In this document: one piece after another, positions 43,064-53,709 of the stretch
How positions within the stretch are numbered: the first letter of the stretch is position 1
Layout: each line of letters starts with the position of its first letter
DNA from: an uncultured Candidatus Saccharibacteria bacterium
GTDB lineage: Bacteria; Patescibacteriota; Minisyncoccia; Phycocordibacterales; DATDWN01
Length of the DNA stretch: 64,000 nucleotides
Assembly (NCBI GenBank): GCA_964603545.1
Contig: CAZRVD010000002.1
Coordinates: 46,854-110,853 of the forward strand
Reading direction: 5' to 3'
The notes under the pieces: generated by a model
What the model was told of the DNA's origin: nothing
The model's input: the letters and a program-made list of their open reading frames with translations, nothing else
Database searches by the model: none
Position numbers and translations under genes: made by a program

Positions 43064-44722
43064 ATGAAAATGATAAATAAGATTTTGGATAATATAAAAA
43101 ATCAAGAAATAACCATAGCTGGATGGGTTTACAGTTTCATAGGAATACTTTTTGTGCGTTTTATATTCGAATCACTGTCGAGTCCATCAATTTCTGGGAT
43201 AATTCCTTCCGACCCTTACACTTTAGTACACATTGGTATGTATTTTCTTGCTGTCACCTTGGGAACAATATTAATTTTTGGTCACTTCACGAACGACTAC
43301 AAAAATTCTTCCAAAATAATTCTCTTTGGACTGCCTCTACTTTGGTTAGCCCCTATCATAGATATTTTAATAAGTAAGGGAGAAGGTTTTAGGATGTCTT
43401 ATGTATTTGATAGTGGCAGAGATTTAATTTTTGATTTTCTAACTTTTTTTGGACCGAACCTCACACAAGGTGCGACTGTGGGAATCCGCATTGGCATAGC
43501 ACTTTCACTTTTAGGAATTGGGTATTTGATTTGGCTTAAAAATAACAGTTGGAAGAGAACTTTGTCAGGAGTTTTCTTAATATATTTATTTGTATTTTTT
43601 ATGGCTGTTTTACCTGGATTTGTATACACACTCACACATCTTGGATATTCACCAGCACAGGGGACTGAAATAATAGATTATCTAGAGAAAAATATTTTAA
43701 AATCAACCATTTCTCACAACACATTACGAGAAGGTTTTTCATCTGTACCAACTATAAGATTTTTAGAACTTGGTTTTGACAAGCTTTTGTCACAAATTCT
43801 ATTTATCCTATCAAGCATACTTGGAATTTTACTTTTTTGGAAAATAGACCGAACAAAATTTTGGGCAGTTATAAAAAACTCACGTCCAGAAAGAATAAAC
43901 TTTTATACAGCATCACTTTTTTGTGGAATTGGATTTGCTTATATAAATAGATTGGGAAACCCTTTTGTTTGGATGGATATTTTTGGAATTGTCTGTCTAC
44001 TTATTTCTTGGACAGCACTCTGGATGCATGCTGTACACCTAAACGACGTAAATGATGTTGAGATAGACAAAATATCAAACAAGGAAAGGCCTCTCATAAA
44101 AAATGATTTGAGCGTAAGTAATATGAAAGAGACTGGTAAACTGTGGCTCTGGGTTGCTCTACTTGGTGCTTGGTCTGCCGGGTTTTATCCATTTTTCATG
44201 GCACTAGTTTACGTCGCTTGCTCATACATATATTCATCTCCTCCACTCCGGCTTAGAAGACTGCCACTGGTGCCGTCATTTCTCATAGGAGTCGCTTGTC
44301 TTGCAACCATTCTTGCTGGTTTCTTTTTTGTCTCTACAAACAAAGAGATAGAAACTTTTCCAACATTTTTGGCCGTAGGAATAGTGATTATGGTTACTTT
44401 AGCTATAAACTTTAAGGATATAAAGGACGTAGAGGGCGATAAGGCGAGTGGGATAATGACCATACCAACACTTTTTCCAAAAAAAGGAGTGAGGATTGTT
44501 GCCTTACTTTTTGCTATTAGTATTCTACTTGTGCCAGTTTTTCTGCACTTTTACCTCCTTTATATAATTTCTATACCTTGCGCTGTTATTGGATACAAAC
44601 TCGTAACGAGACAGCCTTATGTTGAAAAATATATTTTCGTTCTTCGATTCTTTTTCTTAGCAGGAATAGCTATTTCGTACCTCATAATTTTCTGGTTGGC
44701 AGATGTTTATAACTTACTCTAG
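43064..44722 (+). CDS. Polytopic membrane protein with C-terminal UbiA-family prenyltransferase domain
   Basis: 552 aa with more than 10 TM helices. It carries two Asp-rich UbiA motifs, NDVNDVEIDK and DIKDVEGDK. Confidence 0.65.
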   Translation: MKMINKILDNIKNQEITIAGWVYSFIGILFVRFIFESLSSPSISGIIPSDPYTLVHIGMYFLAVTLGTILIFGHFTNDYKNSSKIILFGLPLLWLAPIIDILISKGEGFRMSYVFDSGRDLIFDFLTFFGPNLTQGATVGIRIGIALSLLGIGYLIWLKNNSWKRTLSGVFLIYLFVFFMAVLPGFVYTLTHLGYSPAQGTEIIDYLEKNILKSTISHNTLREGFSSVPTIRFLELGFDKLLSQILFILSSILGILLFWKIDRTKFWAVIKNSRPERINFYTASLFCGIGFAYINRLGNPFVWMDIFGIVCLLISWTALWMHAVHLNDVNDVEIDKISNKERPLIKNDLSVSNMKETGKLWLWVALLGAWSAGFYPFFMALVYVACSYIYSSPPLRLRRLPLVPSFLIGVACLATILAGFFFVSTNKEIETFPTFLAVGIVIMVTLAINFKDIKDVEGDKASGIMTIPTLFPKKGVRIVALLFAISILLVPVFLHFYLLYIISIPCAVIGYKLVTRQPYVEKYIFVLRFFFLAGIAISYLIIFWLADVYNLL

Positions 44723-44742
44723 TAGTGTGATATTATTTACGC

Positions 44743-45585
44743 ATGCCTAGTAATAGAACTCTTGCTGTTTTGGTACTCTGCCTTGGTATTGTCGTATCTG
44801 TATGGTTGTTTTCTAAAAAATCTACATTTACAAATCAAGATGTTGTATTAAAAAACACACAACCTGTCTCTGTAGATTCTATTATAAAGATAGAAGGTGA
44901 AAAAAATGATGATTGGAAAAAAATCCTCGTAAACGTTGATCCAAAAAACCAAAAGGTTATAGACCTTACAAAAAACAATACCGTTAGAGAAGACGACACG
45001 ACTCTAACAGACCAGATGTCTAGAGATTTTCTATCTCAATATCTAATGGCAGTTAAGGAAGGGATAGATGTCACCCCAGAAGTTGCCTCGCAAATAGCCC
45101 AAAACACTCTTTCCCTGCCTGGATACAAACAAGGTGCCGTTGTTTATATAAAAGAAAATCTAAGGGTGAGTACCAAAACTGACCCAGAAAGCATGAGAAT
45201 ATACAGAGAAAAAATAAACCAGGCTATGATATCAGTATATTTCAACGTAAAAGATGACCCAATAGCAATCGTGGTTAAAGCGCTTCAGGAGGAAAATGAA
45301 AACGAGTTAAAAAAATTTGACCCTATTATAACAATAAACAAAGATGCTATAAAAAGCTTGCTGGATATGGAGGTACCCCCAAGCGCCGTAAAGGTTCACT
45401 TAGACCTATTGAATACATCTTCATTAATACTTTCTGACTTAGAATCCATGAGAGTCGCTATTTCTGACCCTGTTAAAGTTTTTTCCGCTATAGGAAGTTA
45501 TTCGACGCACATAAGTAGTTTTAGTACCGCTCTCTCAAATATGAGTCTCTACCTAACAAAGAATACTCAGATCTTATTGTTTTAG
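44743..45585 (+). CDS. Hypothetical membrane-anchored protein
   Basis: 280 aa with an N-terminal TM (LAVLVLCLGIVVSVWLF). Confidence 0.45.
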   Translation: MPSNRTLAVLVLCLGIVVSVWLFSKKSTFTNQDVVLKNTQPVSVDSIIKIEGEKNDDWKKILVNVDPKNQKVIDLTKNNTVREDDTTLTDQMSRDFLSQYLMAVKEGIDVTPEVASQIAQNTLSLPGYKQGAVVYIKENLRVSTKTDPESMRIYREKINQAMISVYFNVKDDPIAIVVKALQEENENELKKFDPIITINKDAIKSLLDMEVPPSAVKVHLDLLNTSSLILSDLESMRVAISDPVKVFSAIGSYSTHISSFSTALSNMSLYLTKNTQILLF

Positions 45586-45674
45586 TTTTCAACATAATTC
45601 CTAGTTTTACAAAGCTTTCTTTAATATAATAGTATACAATTAGTGTGTAGATTTGTTTTTCTAATACATTCCTT

Positions 45675-47330
45675 ATGAAGAAATATTTGATAGTGATAAT
45701 AATGCTCTCGTTATTGTCATTTTCTGTCCCAAATAAGACCTATGCAGTGTATACCGATGTGGCAAACACATTAAAAGAGTACGGGCTTGACTCTGTTGCC
45801 TATATGGTTGCAAAAACAGTTACAAGAAAACTTACAACTAAGACGGTAAACTGGATAAACTCTGGATTTAAAGGAAATCCTGGATATATTCAAAACCCAG
45901 ACCAATTTTTCCTTGATGTTGGAGATGACTTGGCATCACAATTCCTGTCACAAGCTGGGGTGAATAAATTATGTAGCCCATTTAAAGCTCAGGTGCGTCT
46001 AGCTTTGGTAAAAAACTATATTGATGACAGTAAGAACTACTCTTGTACATTAAGTATTTTAAAAAACAATTACGATGCTTTCACTAGAGATTTTAGTCAA
46101 GGTGGATGGGAAGGTTGGTTTGAAGTAAGTCAAAATAGTCAAAATAATCCTTATGGTGCCTATCTTGATACAAAAAATGAATTATCTATTAGAATAGGAA
46201 CGGAGAGAGAACAGAAGCAGAAACAAATAGACTTAAGTGGAGGATTTCTAAATCTTCAAAGATGCCCAAAGGGTATGGAGTTCGTTGATCCAGTATCACT
46301 AAAAAAAATTTGTGGAACCAAAGAGGAAACTGTCACTCCAGGAACTGTTATAAGTGACCAACTCAAGGAGACTTTAGGTACTAAGTGGGGAGAACTTGTA
46401 GCTGCAGATGAATTCAATGAAATAATTACTGCTCTTGTTTCACAACTTATAGGACAAGTTGCTGGTGCAACCGGAGGTCTTTTTGGAGCAAGTGAGAAAA
46501 CTATTTCGGCTTCTGGTGCAGTCCAACCATCTTTAGTAGATCAAATAGGAGCAGAGGCACAACCTCTCGTAAATTACCAAATAGGCGCAACAGATCCAAC
46601 GCTTAACTGTACATCCACTGGAGGCGGAACCGACCAGTATGGCAATACCACCGGAGGAACAACGGACTGCCAGTCCACCCCTGGGGGAGTGAGTGGCCTA
46701 CCTGCATGGCCTATAGGTTCTGGGGGAAGTGGAGGAGGATCTTGTCCAGCATACACACCGAATCCGAGTCACGATTGTACTAAAGTAGATAGTGGAGCTG
46801 TCCTTGCAATATTAAATAAATATCCACCTTCAAACGCAGGGATCACCCAAGCTGAAGTTGAGGTAAAACAACTATACCCTTGGGCATTTGTTATACCTCA
46901 TGCAAGACTTGATAAATTTGATTTTGGTAACGGAATGGGTGTTGATGTGATTGTCGGTGCCGTTGCTAATGGGGTTGGTAAGAGTTGGACATGGAATGTC
47001 GAGTGCGCTTGCAACAGAAACCCTTCCGGAAGCCCCGCAACAAATCCACCAATACCACTTCCTGGAGTGGGAACATACCTGCTGACCGTGGATATTGGTG
47101 GAGCTGGATCTGTCACAGACAATGTTGACACATGTCAGAATTTATCTGGAATTGCCACAACAACATGTAGCAAACCTTATCCGATAGACTCCTTTGTTTC
47201 AGTAACTGCAATCCCTGCCGTAGGAAGAACATTTGTTGGTTGGAGTGGGGCATGTGCGGTATTCAATCCAAGTAATGTTTGTTACGGAAACATAACCATG
47301 AGTGGAACAATCGGTGCGACTTTCAGATAG
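45675..47330 (+). CDS. Hypothetical secreted protein with Gly/Thr-rich region and C-terminal bacterial repeat domain
   Basis: 551 aa. Signal peptide, and a C-terminus GGAGSVT...C...YP.DS.VSVTAIPAVGRTFVGWSGAC that resembles the Listeria-Bacteroides / InlB B-type repeat. Confidence 0.5.
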   Translation: MKKYLIVIIMLSLLSFSVPNKTYAVYTDVANTLKEYGLDSVAYMVAKTVTRKLTTKTVNWINSGFKGNPGYIQNPDQFFLDVGDDLASQFLSQAGVNKLCSPFKAQVRLALVKNYIDDSKNYSCTLSILKNNYDAFTRDFSQGGWEGWFEVSQNSQNNPYGAYLDTKNELSIRIGTEREQKQKQIDLSGGFLNLQRCPKGMEFVDPVSLKKICGTKEETVTPGTVISDQLKETLGTKWGELVAADEFNEIITALVSQLIGQVAGATGGLFGASEKTISASGAVQPSLVDQIGAEAQPLVNYQIGATDPTLNCTSTGGGTDQYGNTTGGTTDCQSTPGGVSGLPAWPIGSGGSGGGSCPAYTPNPSHDCTKVDSGAVLAILNKYPPSNAGITQAEVEVKQLYPWAFVIPHARLDKFDFGNGMGVDVIVGAVANGVGKSWTWNVECACNRNPSGSPATNPPIPLPGVGTYLLTVDIGGAGSVTDNVDTCQNLSGIATTTCSKPYPIDSFVSVTAIPAVGRTFVGWSGACAVFNPSNVCYGNITMSGTIGATFR

Positions 47331-47352
47331 TAAACGTTGAAGACAAAAAGAA

Positions 47353-49356
47353 ATGAAAAGATTTTTTCCTTACATACTAATAATTACAATACTGACAGTA
47401 TTTTTTAATGTAACTCCAACAGTGGAAGCTCAGGCGGCAGTACCAAACCTACCCGCTTGTCAGTACATTGATTATATCGTTTATGTTCAAATAACAAATA
47501 AACCTTGTATTGGAACAGGAGTTTTTGATAAGGGAGTGGTGTACCAAGTTGATCCACCTGGATCAACTAGTTGGTTAGGATGTCTTACATTTGGCAGTTT
47601 CTCTAGCTGTCTTGTAAACGGCGCCACAAATGTACTAGCTAGTTTGCTATACACAGTGCTGACCATGGTATCGGCACTTTTGTGGATTGCGGGAACGCTT
47701 CTGGATTTTGTCCTGCGGTATACGATTGTCGACATGAAAAAACACCTGGATATGCTTACCGGCATAAACACCGCCTGGAAAGTTATAAAAGATTTGATGA
47801 ATATGGCCTTCATATTTATTTTAGTATATGAAGGAATAAAACTAATTATTGGACAGGGGAGTAGAGAGACCATTAAAAATTTTATTGTGGCAGTTGTTAT
47901 CGCTTCACTTCTGGTAAACTTCAGTTTGTTTTTTACAAAAGTACTTATAGATGCGTCTAACGTAGTGACTCTTGGTTTTTATGATTCAATTATAGACAAC
48001 ACGGCAATAACTGTTGGTGGTGGAACAACAGGCGGTGGCACAGGGGCCTCCAGATCTATAAGTGGTCTCTCAGTACCATTTATGAACGCTCTTGGTCTTT
48101 CTAGTTTTTGGTCTGGGGTGTCGTTTGATGCGATAAGAAGTCAGACTGGAGGAAATTTAAATATGATGATACTCCCACTTATGGGAATAATTCTGTTTCT
48201 AATAGTATCTTTTGTATTTTTTGCTGTAGCAATAATGTTCACTATTAGATATCTGACACTCATAATACTTCTCATCCTTTCACCAGTTGCATACATGGGA
48301 GCGGCTCTGCCTTTTATGAAAACCTATGCAGATGATTGGTGGAAATCACTTAACGGCCAACTTCTCTTCGGTCCAATATATATGGTAATGACTTGGGTTG
48401 TTCTACTTCTCATGTCTAGTTCTGGTTTTATAGTTAAGGGAAGTTGGGGAGATGTATTAAGTGGAGTAAACAACATTGGAACACCCTATGACCAACAGCC
48501 TATCAGTTTAGTTTTCAACTTCGTAATTATTATCGGACTTGTTATCGCATCACTGACAATCGCAAAAAGCACAGCAACCAAAGGTTCAAAACATATTGGA
48601 GAAGCAACAAAGAGACTGACCGCATTTGCGGGTGGAGCAGTGATGGGTGCGGGAGCTTCAGGTTTTAGAAGCACTATTGGACGTGCTGGCCAAGCTGTCG
48701 CTAGTAATCAATGGCTTCGTGATAGAGTACCTGATAGTCGAATAGCAAGAACATTAGTAAAAGCTGGTGAAAAAACTGGGGCTGCGAGTTTTGATGTTAG
48801 AGCTACTGAAATTGGTAAGGCAACTGGAACTGGTAAGGCAGGTGGCAAAGGTGGTTACCAAGCAGAAAGGGAGAAAAAAATTAATGAGAGAATGAAATTT
48901 GCTGAACAACTTTCAGACACCGTAACAGGAGCTGACGTTGAGGCGGAAATGGAGAGAAGGGGCTACGATAAAGTATCCAATGAAGGAAGGGTTAACGCAT
49001 ATGTTGTGGCTGGAAGATCAAGAGCTGACGCAACCGCTCTTGTTGCAAGAGAGGCAGAACGTGAAAGACGTGCAGCTCAAGTACAATTAATAGGTGACGC
49101 GGCTCAAAATACAACACTAAGACAGGAGCGATATTTACACAATCTAAGCCAAACAAGATGGTATACTCCAAATCTATATAGTGGAGTTTCTGAAGATGCA
49201 GAAGCGGCAAGAAGAATGCGCGAAGGTAAGAAAGCTAAAAAAGGAGGTGTAGCTAAACTAATAGCTGATTTTGCAGCAGCAGCCAAAGAAGAAGAGGGTG
49301 AGCAATCAGCAACAACCCCCGCTACACCTGCCACAGGAACACCACCAACACCATAA
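47353..49356 (+). CDS. VirB6/TrbL-like polytopic membrane protein (T4SS-like cluster)
   Basis: 667 aa. Signal peptide, at least 6 TM helices, and a C-terminal charged/Pro-Thr tail. It lies next to the VirB4 ATPase. Confidence 0.5.
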   Translation: MKRFFPYILIITILTVFFNVTPTVEAQAAVPNLPACQYIDYIVYVQITNKPCIGTGVFDKGVVYQVDPPGSTSWLGCLTFGSFSSCLVNGATNVLASLLYTVLTMVSALLWIAGTLLDFVLRYTIVDMKKHLDMLTGINTAWKVIKDLMNMAFIFILVYEGIKLIIGQGSRETIKNFIVAVVIASLLVNFSLFFTKVLIDASNVVTLGFYDSIIDNTAITVGGGTTGGGTGASRSISGLSVPFMNALGLSSFWSGVSFDAIRSQTGGNLNMMILPLMGIILFLIVSFVFFAVAIMFTIRYLTLIILLILSPVAYMGAALPFMKTYADDWWKSLNGQLLFGPIYMVMTWVVLLLMSSSGFIVKGSWGDVLSGVNNIGTPYDQQPISLVFNFVIIIGLVIASLTIAKSTATKGSKHIGEATKRLTAFAGGAVMGAGASGFRSTIGRAGQAVASNQWLRDRVPDSRIARTLVKAGEKTGAASFDVRATEIGKATGTGKAGGKGGYQAEREKKINERMKFAEQLSDTVTGADVEAEMERRGYDKVSNEGRVNAYVVAGRSRADATALVAREAERERRAAQVQLIGDAAQNTTLRQERYLHNLSQTRWYTPNLYSGVSEDAEAARRMREGKKAKKGGVAKLIADFAAAAKEEEGEQSATTPATPATGTPPTP

Positions 49357-49360
49357 AACC

Positions 49361-50260
49361 ATGGATACAGAAATAAAAAAAATCATTGAGGAAAGAATAA
49401 AAAAATTACCACCCAGTGTAGCGAAAGCTATTAGGGGTATCCCTTGGTTAGAGACAATAAAAAATATTGCAAAAAATAATAACCTTAGTGAAGATAAAGA
49501 AATATCATTAATAATTGAAACGACTATTTTAGTATACGGGATTGAATCTCCAAAAAAATATGCCGAAGATTTAATTGTAAACCTTGGGGTGGGGGATGAT
49601 TTAGCTGAAAAAATACTAAAGGAAATAGAAACTCAAATCCTTATTCCAATACAAACCCTTACTGGTGGTGTTGGCCCCACAGAAGAGCAGAAAAACTCAC
49701 TATCTATCTCGTCAGCAGAGACACGAGCCCGTGAAACAGCAAACAAATATAGCTTAACCAGTAGCCAAACAAATACTTTAGTAAATAATACACTCTCTTC
49801 AATTAGAAATGGCCAAAAAGTCTCTCCGGAACAGTTAGTAACAAATTTAAACATATCCAAACTCCTCGCTGAACAAATTACCTTAGACCTAGAAAAAAGA
49901 GTTTTTGAACATGCTGTCAAACAAGTTTCACCAGAAAAAAGAGAGGTAGAAAAACCCAAACCGGAAACTCCCTCAAAAATTCCAGAGATCAGGCCAGATA
50001 ACCTTCCTATGCAGGGCAGTAACTTTATCCCAACACCAAAACCAGCATTTCAAAACGAGACTTTGGATAAACAAAGGGTCGGAAACTCTTCTGGTATTGG
50101 AGTACCAAGATACGCGACAGACAACACTCCACCAATAGCTACTTCTCCAGCACCGAGTGCAAGAAATATTATAGAAAAGAAACTAAATGATATTACCGTT
50201 GGCAACAAACCACCAGAGACAAAGTACGAGAAGGATCCGTATAGAGAACCGTTAGGGTAA
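49361..50260 (+). CDS. Hypothetical protein
   Basis: The track ORF begins at 49271 and overlaps the preceding gene. The ATG at 49361 directly follows that gene's stop. Confidence 0.45.
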   Translation: MDTEIKKIIEERIKKLPPSVAKAIRGIPWLETIKNIAKNNNLSEDKEISLIIETTILVYGIESPKKYAEDLIVNLGVGDDLAEKILKEIETQILIPIQTLTGGVGPTEEQKNSLSISSAETRARETANKYSLTSSQTNTLVNNTLSSIRNGQKVSPEQLVTNLNISKLLAEQITLDLEKRVFEHAVKQVSPEKREVEKPKPETPSKIPEIRPDNLPMQGSNFIPTPKPAFQNETLDKQRVGNSSGIGVPRYATDNTPPIATSPAPSARNIIEKKLNDITVGNKPPETKYEKDPYREPLG

Positions 50261-50283
50261 ATAAAATGCTTTAAAATTTAACA

Positions 50284-50721
50284 ATGCGTTACCAAATACC
50301 ACAATTTATTGATGTAGAAGACAAAATCATTGGGCCCTTAACCCTAAAGCAATTCGTGTATCTTGCTGGTGGAGCTGGAATGGCTTTTGTTATTTATACT
50401 TATATACCTATATACATAGCTGTGATACTAATAGCTGTAGTGATACCGCTCTCTATTGCTCTAGCTTTTTATAAAATAAATAACAAACCATTCGTAGATT
50501 TTCTTGAATCTGCTTTCATGTTTTATACAAAACAAAACCTTTATATATGGAGAAAAGAGCAAAAGAAGATAGTAAAATCAGAAGCAGATGTGGCCAAAGA
50601 ATCTGCTCAAGTGTATGTACCAAGACTTTCCGATAGTAAACTGAAAGAATTGTCGTGGACCTTAGACATAAATGAAAATCTTAATCCATTAACCGGACAA
50701 AGTGGCAAAAATACAAAGTAA
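50284..50721 (+). CDS. Small two-TM membrane protein, PrgI/VirB3-like by context
   Basis: 145 aa with a hairpin TM pair (LAGGAGMAFVIYTYIPIYIAVILIAVVIPLSIALAFY), immediately upstream of the VirB4 pieces. Confidence 0.4.
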   Translation: MRYQIPQFIDVEDKIIGPLTLKQFVYLAGGAGMAFVIYTYIPIYIAVILIAVVIPLSIALAFYKINNKPFVDFLESAFMFYTKQNLYIWRKEQKKIVKSEADVAKESAQVYVPRLSDSKLKELSWTLDINENLNPLTGQSGKNTK

Positions 50722-50759
50722 CTTAAAGTTTTCTATTATAATTCTGATATAATAATGGC

Positions 50760-51392
50760 ATGGCTGTAAATTCTAAAGCAACACAAGAATTCGTTCCGAT
50801 AAAAGAAGTCAGAGATGGTATTGCTGTGCTCAAAGATGGCTCCATGCGAGGTATTGTTTTGTCTTCTTCTCTAAACTTTAGCCTAAAATCGGAAGACGAG
50901 AGAAAAGCTATTGTTCTACAGTTTCAAGACTTTTTGAATTCTCTAGACTTCAGCGTACAGATATCTATTCAATCAAGAAGACTGGATATACGGCCATACA
51001 TAGCCCTTTTAGAGGACAGGTACAAGGAACAAACCAATGACTTAATGAAAATTCAGACCAGAGAATACATTGATTTCATAAGAAAGTTTACAGAAACAAC
51101 AAACATAATGACCAAAAGTTTCTTTGTCGTTGTGCCATATGATCCAGCTCTTATAAATATAAAAAGTGGTACTGGATTTTTCAAAAAAACATCTGTAAGT
51201 GAAGATCAGATTAAAAAAGAAGCTTCTTTTGAAGAAAACCGGACTCAGTTAGAGCAAAGAGTCTCTGTTGTAGAACAAGGTCTCTCAAGATGTGGAATAA
51301 GAGTAATAAGACTGGGAACAGAAGAAGTTATTGAGCTTTTCTATAAGATATTTAATCCAGGGGATACAGAAAAACCAATTAAATCATCATAA
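50760..51392 (+). CDS. VirB4/TrsE-family conjugation-type ATPase, N-terminal fragment (separated from remainder by one in-frame TAA)
   Basis: 210 aa. EFVPIKEVRDGIAVLKDGSMRGIV resembles the VirB4 N-terminus. It is in the same frame as 51399-53210. Confidence 0.6.
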   Translation: MAVNSKATQEFVPIKEVRDGIAVLKDGSMRGIVLSSSLNFSLKSEDERKAIVLQFQDFLNSLDFSVQISIQSRRLDIRPYIALLEDRYKEQTNDLMKIQTREYIDFIRKFTETTNIMTKSFFVVVPYDPALINIKSGTGFFKKTSVSEDQIKKEASFEENRTQLEQRVSVVEQGLSRCGIRVIRLGTEEVIELFYKIFNPGDTEKPIKSS

Positions 51393-51398
51393 AAAAAC

Positions 51399-53210
51399 AT
51401 GGGAATATTTGATTTTTTAAAAAAGAAAAAAGAGGAGCAGGAAATTTCAACAATTCTCCCACAAGAGATATATGATTCTAGTACTCTTGAATTGAAAGAC
51501 GTCATTGCTCCAAGCGCTCTAAAGGTTACCCCGAAAGAAATCAACCTTGGTGAAAAAGTTTTACGAAGTTTCTTTGTTATCTCATACCCAAGATACCTTT
51601 CTGATAGTTGGTTTTCTCCAATAATTAACTTGGATAAGATATTCGATATTTCAATATTTGTTAAACCCATAGATACGGCGGGAGTTCTGCGCACCTTTCA
51701 AAAAAAAGTGGCTGAGGTCCAGAGTCAGATAAATACCAGAGAAGCAAAGGGGTTAGTTAGAGACCCGATGCTAGATACTGCCTACCAAGATCTTGAGAAC
51801 CTTCGAGACAACCTCCAGCAGGCTCAGGAAAGACTTTTTGACGTCGGGCTTTATATTACGATGTACGCAGATTCTAGTGAAGAATTGGACAAAGTAGAGT
51901 CAGAAATAAAATCAATACTAGAAGCAAAACTTGTATATCTCAAACCCGCACTTTTCCAACAAGAACAAGCTTTTAAAGCTGCAATACCAATAGCCACAGA
52001 TGGACTCGAGGTTTACAGCAAATTAAACTCTTCACCATTATCTAGTTTGTTTCCATTTGTTTCATTTGATCTTACTTCTGACAAGGGGATTCTTTACGGA
52101 ATAAATCGTCACAACTCATCCCTTGTTTTGTTCGATAGGTTTTCTTTGGAAAACTATAACTCCATAACATTTGCAAAATCTGGTGCAGGAAAATCCTACA
52201 TGACTAAGATAGAAATTCTTAGAACATTAATGTTTGATACTGATGTTATGGTGTTGGACCCTGAAAGAGAGTACGAATACCTAGCAGAAGCTGTTGGGGG
52301 AAGATATTTTAATATTTCTCTAAACTCTGAACACCACATAAATCCTTTTGAACTTCCAACTCCTGGAGAAGACGAGTCATTCGCAAACGTACTTCGCTCA
52401 AATATCATAAACCTTGTCGGTCTTTTCCGTATCATGATGGGAGGACTGACCCCAGAAGAAGACGCTATTATAGACAGAGCAATAACAGAAACTTATGCAC
52501 TTAAAGACATTACAGCAGACTCAAACTTTGAAAATGTAGAGCCCCCACTACTTTCAGACTTTGAACTCGTTCTTTCTGGAATGGAGGGGGGAGACTCTCT
52601 AGCACAGAGACTAACAAAATATACTAGAGGTACTTGGGCAGGGTTTATAAACAGACCGAGTAATGTTGATATAAATAAAAGATTTATCGTCTTTTCTCTT
52701 CGCGACATGGAAGATGAGCTCAAGCCTATCGCCATGTACATCATAATGCACTATATATGGAACATGATAAGAAAGAAGTTAAAGAAGAGACTTCTTGTTA
52801 TAGATGAGGCTTGGTGGATGATGAAATCCGAAGACACAGCTTCTTTCCTTCTCTCTCTTGCAAAAAGAGGAAGAAAATACTATCTAGGACTTGCTACAAT
52901 AACCCAAGACGTTGATGACTTCTTAAAATCCCCTTATGGATTGCCCATTATAACAAACTCTTCTATTCAAATACTTTTGAAACAATCCCCAACAGCTATA
53001 GACAAACTACAACAAGCCTTTAGTTTAACTGATGAAGAAAAATATCTGTTATTAGAATCTGATGTTGGAGAGGGAATATTCTTTGCTGGATTAAAACACG
53101 TAGCTATAAAGGTTATCGCTTCATATACTGAGGATCAAATAATAACATCAGACCCTTCACAAATTTTATCGATTAAAAAGGCTAGGGTTGATTTAGAAAA
53201 TAGTAAATAA
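51399..53210 (+). CDS. VirB4/TrsE-family conjugation-type ATPase, C-terminal portion
   Basis: 603 aa. Walker A FAKSGAGKSYMTK and Walker B LLVIDEAWWMM. Confidence 0.8.
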   Translation: MGIFDFLKKKKEEQEISTILPQEIYDSSTLELKDVIAPSALKVTPKEINLGEKVLRSFFVISYPRYLSDSWFSPIINLDKIFDISIFVKPIDTAGVLRTFQKKVAEVQSQINTREAKGLVRDPMLDTAYQDLENLRDNLQQAQERLFDVGLYITMYADSSEELDKVESEIKSILEAKLVYLKPALFQQEQAFKAAIPIATDGLEVYSKLNSSPLSSLFPFVSFDLTSDKGILYGINRHNSSLVLFDRFSLENYNSITFAKSGAGKSYMTKIEILRTLMFDTDVMVLDPEREYEYLAEAVGGRYFNISLNSEHHINPFELPTPGEDESFANVLRSNIINLVGLFRIMMGGLTPEEDAIIDRAITETYALKDITADSNFENVEPPLLSDFELVLSGMEGGDSLAQRLTKYTRGTWAGFINRPSNVDINKRFIVFSLRDMEDELKPIAMYIIMHYIWNMIRKKLKKRLLVIDEAWWMMKSEDTASFLLSLAKRGRKYYLGLATITQDVDDFLKSPYGLPIITNSSIQILLKQSPTAIDKLQQAFSLTDEEKYLLLESDVGEGIFFAGLKHVAIKVIASYTEDQIITSDPSQILSIKKARVDLENSK

Positions 53211-53221
53211 AAACGAACAAA

Positions 53222-53647
53222 ATGGACAAAGAACCTCAAATCAAAGACACTGTAGCGTTTCTAATGATATTTACCGCTCTTTTTTTTGATGCCTTACAAG
53301 CTTTAATTGGATGGATACCCATGGTCGGAAACGTCATTTCTGATGTGATTAGTATATTTGTATTTATGACTTTTTTGTTGTGGTTCCACATGTATGGGGT
53401 AAAAATGATGACCCCAAAAAGATTCACGTCCCTAGGACTAGGAGGTGTCATTGAAATGATTCCTTATGTAAACCTACTTCCGGCATGGACTCTTGTCGTT
53501 ATTTACCTTATTGGAACAACCAAAATTAAAGAGTTGTTTGAAAAAAACCCAGGAGTGGCTGGTTCGATATTTAGGCTTGGTGAAAAAATAAAAAACCTGA
53601 ACAAAACCGGGGAGCCACCACACGTACCGCTCATAGACGAGCGTTAA
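53222..53647 (+). CDS. Hypothetical membrane protein
   Basis: 141 aa with 3 TM helices. Confidence 0.45.
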   Translation: MDKEPQIKDTVAFLMIFTALFFDALQALIGWIPMVGNVISDVISIFVFMTFLLWFHMYGVKMMTPKRFTSLGLGGVIEMIPYVNLLPAWTLVVIYLIGTTKIKELFEKNPGVAGSIFRLGEKIKNLNKTGEPPHVPLIDER

Positions 53648-53709
53648 TTGTCGAGAACTTTGTGAATAACAAAAGGCCACTAAAAAATGATTATGGTATT
53701 ATTATAAAG

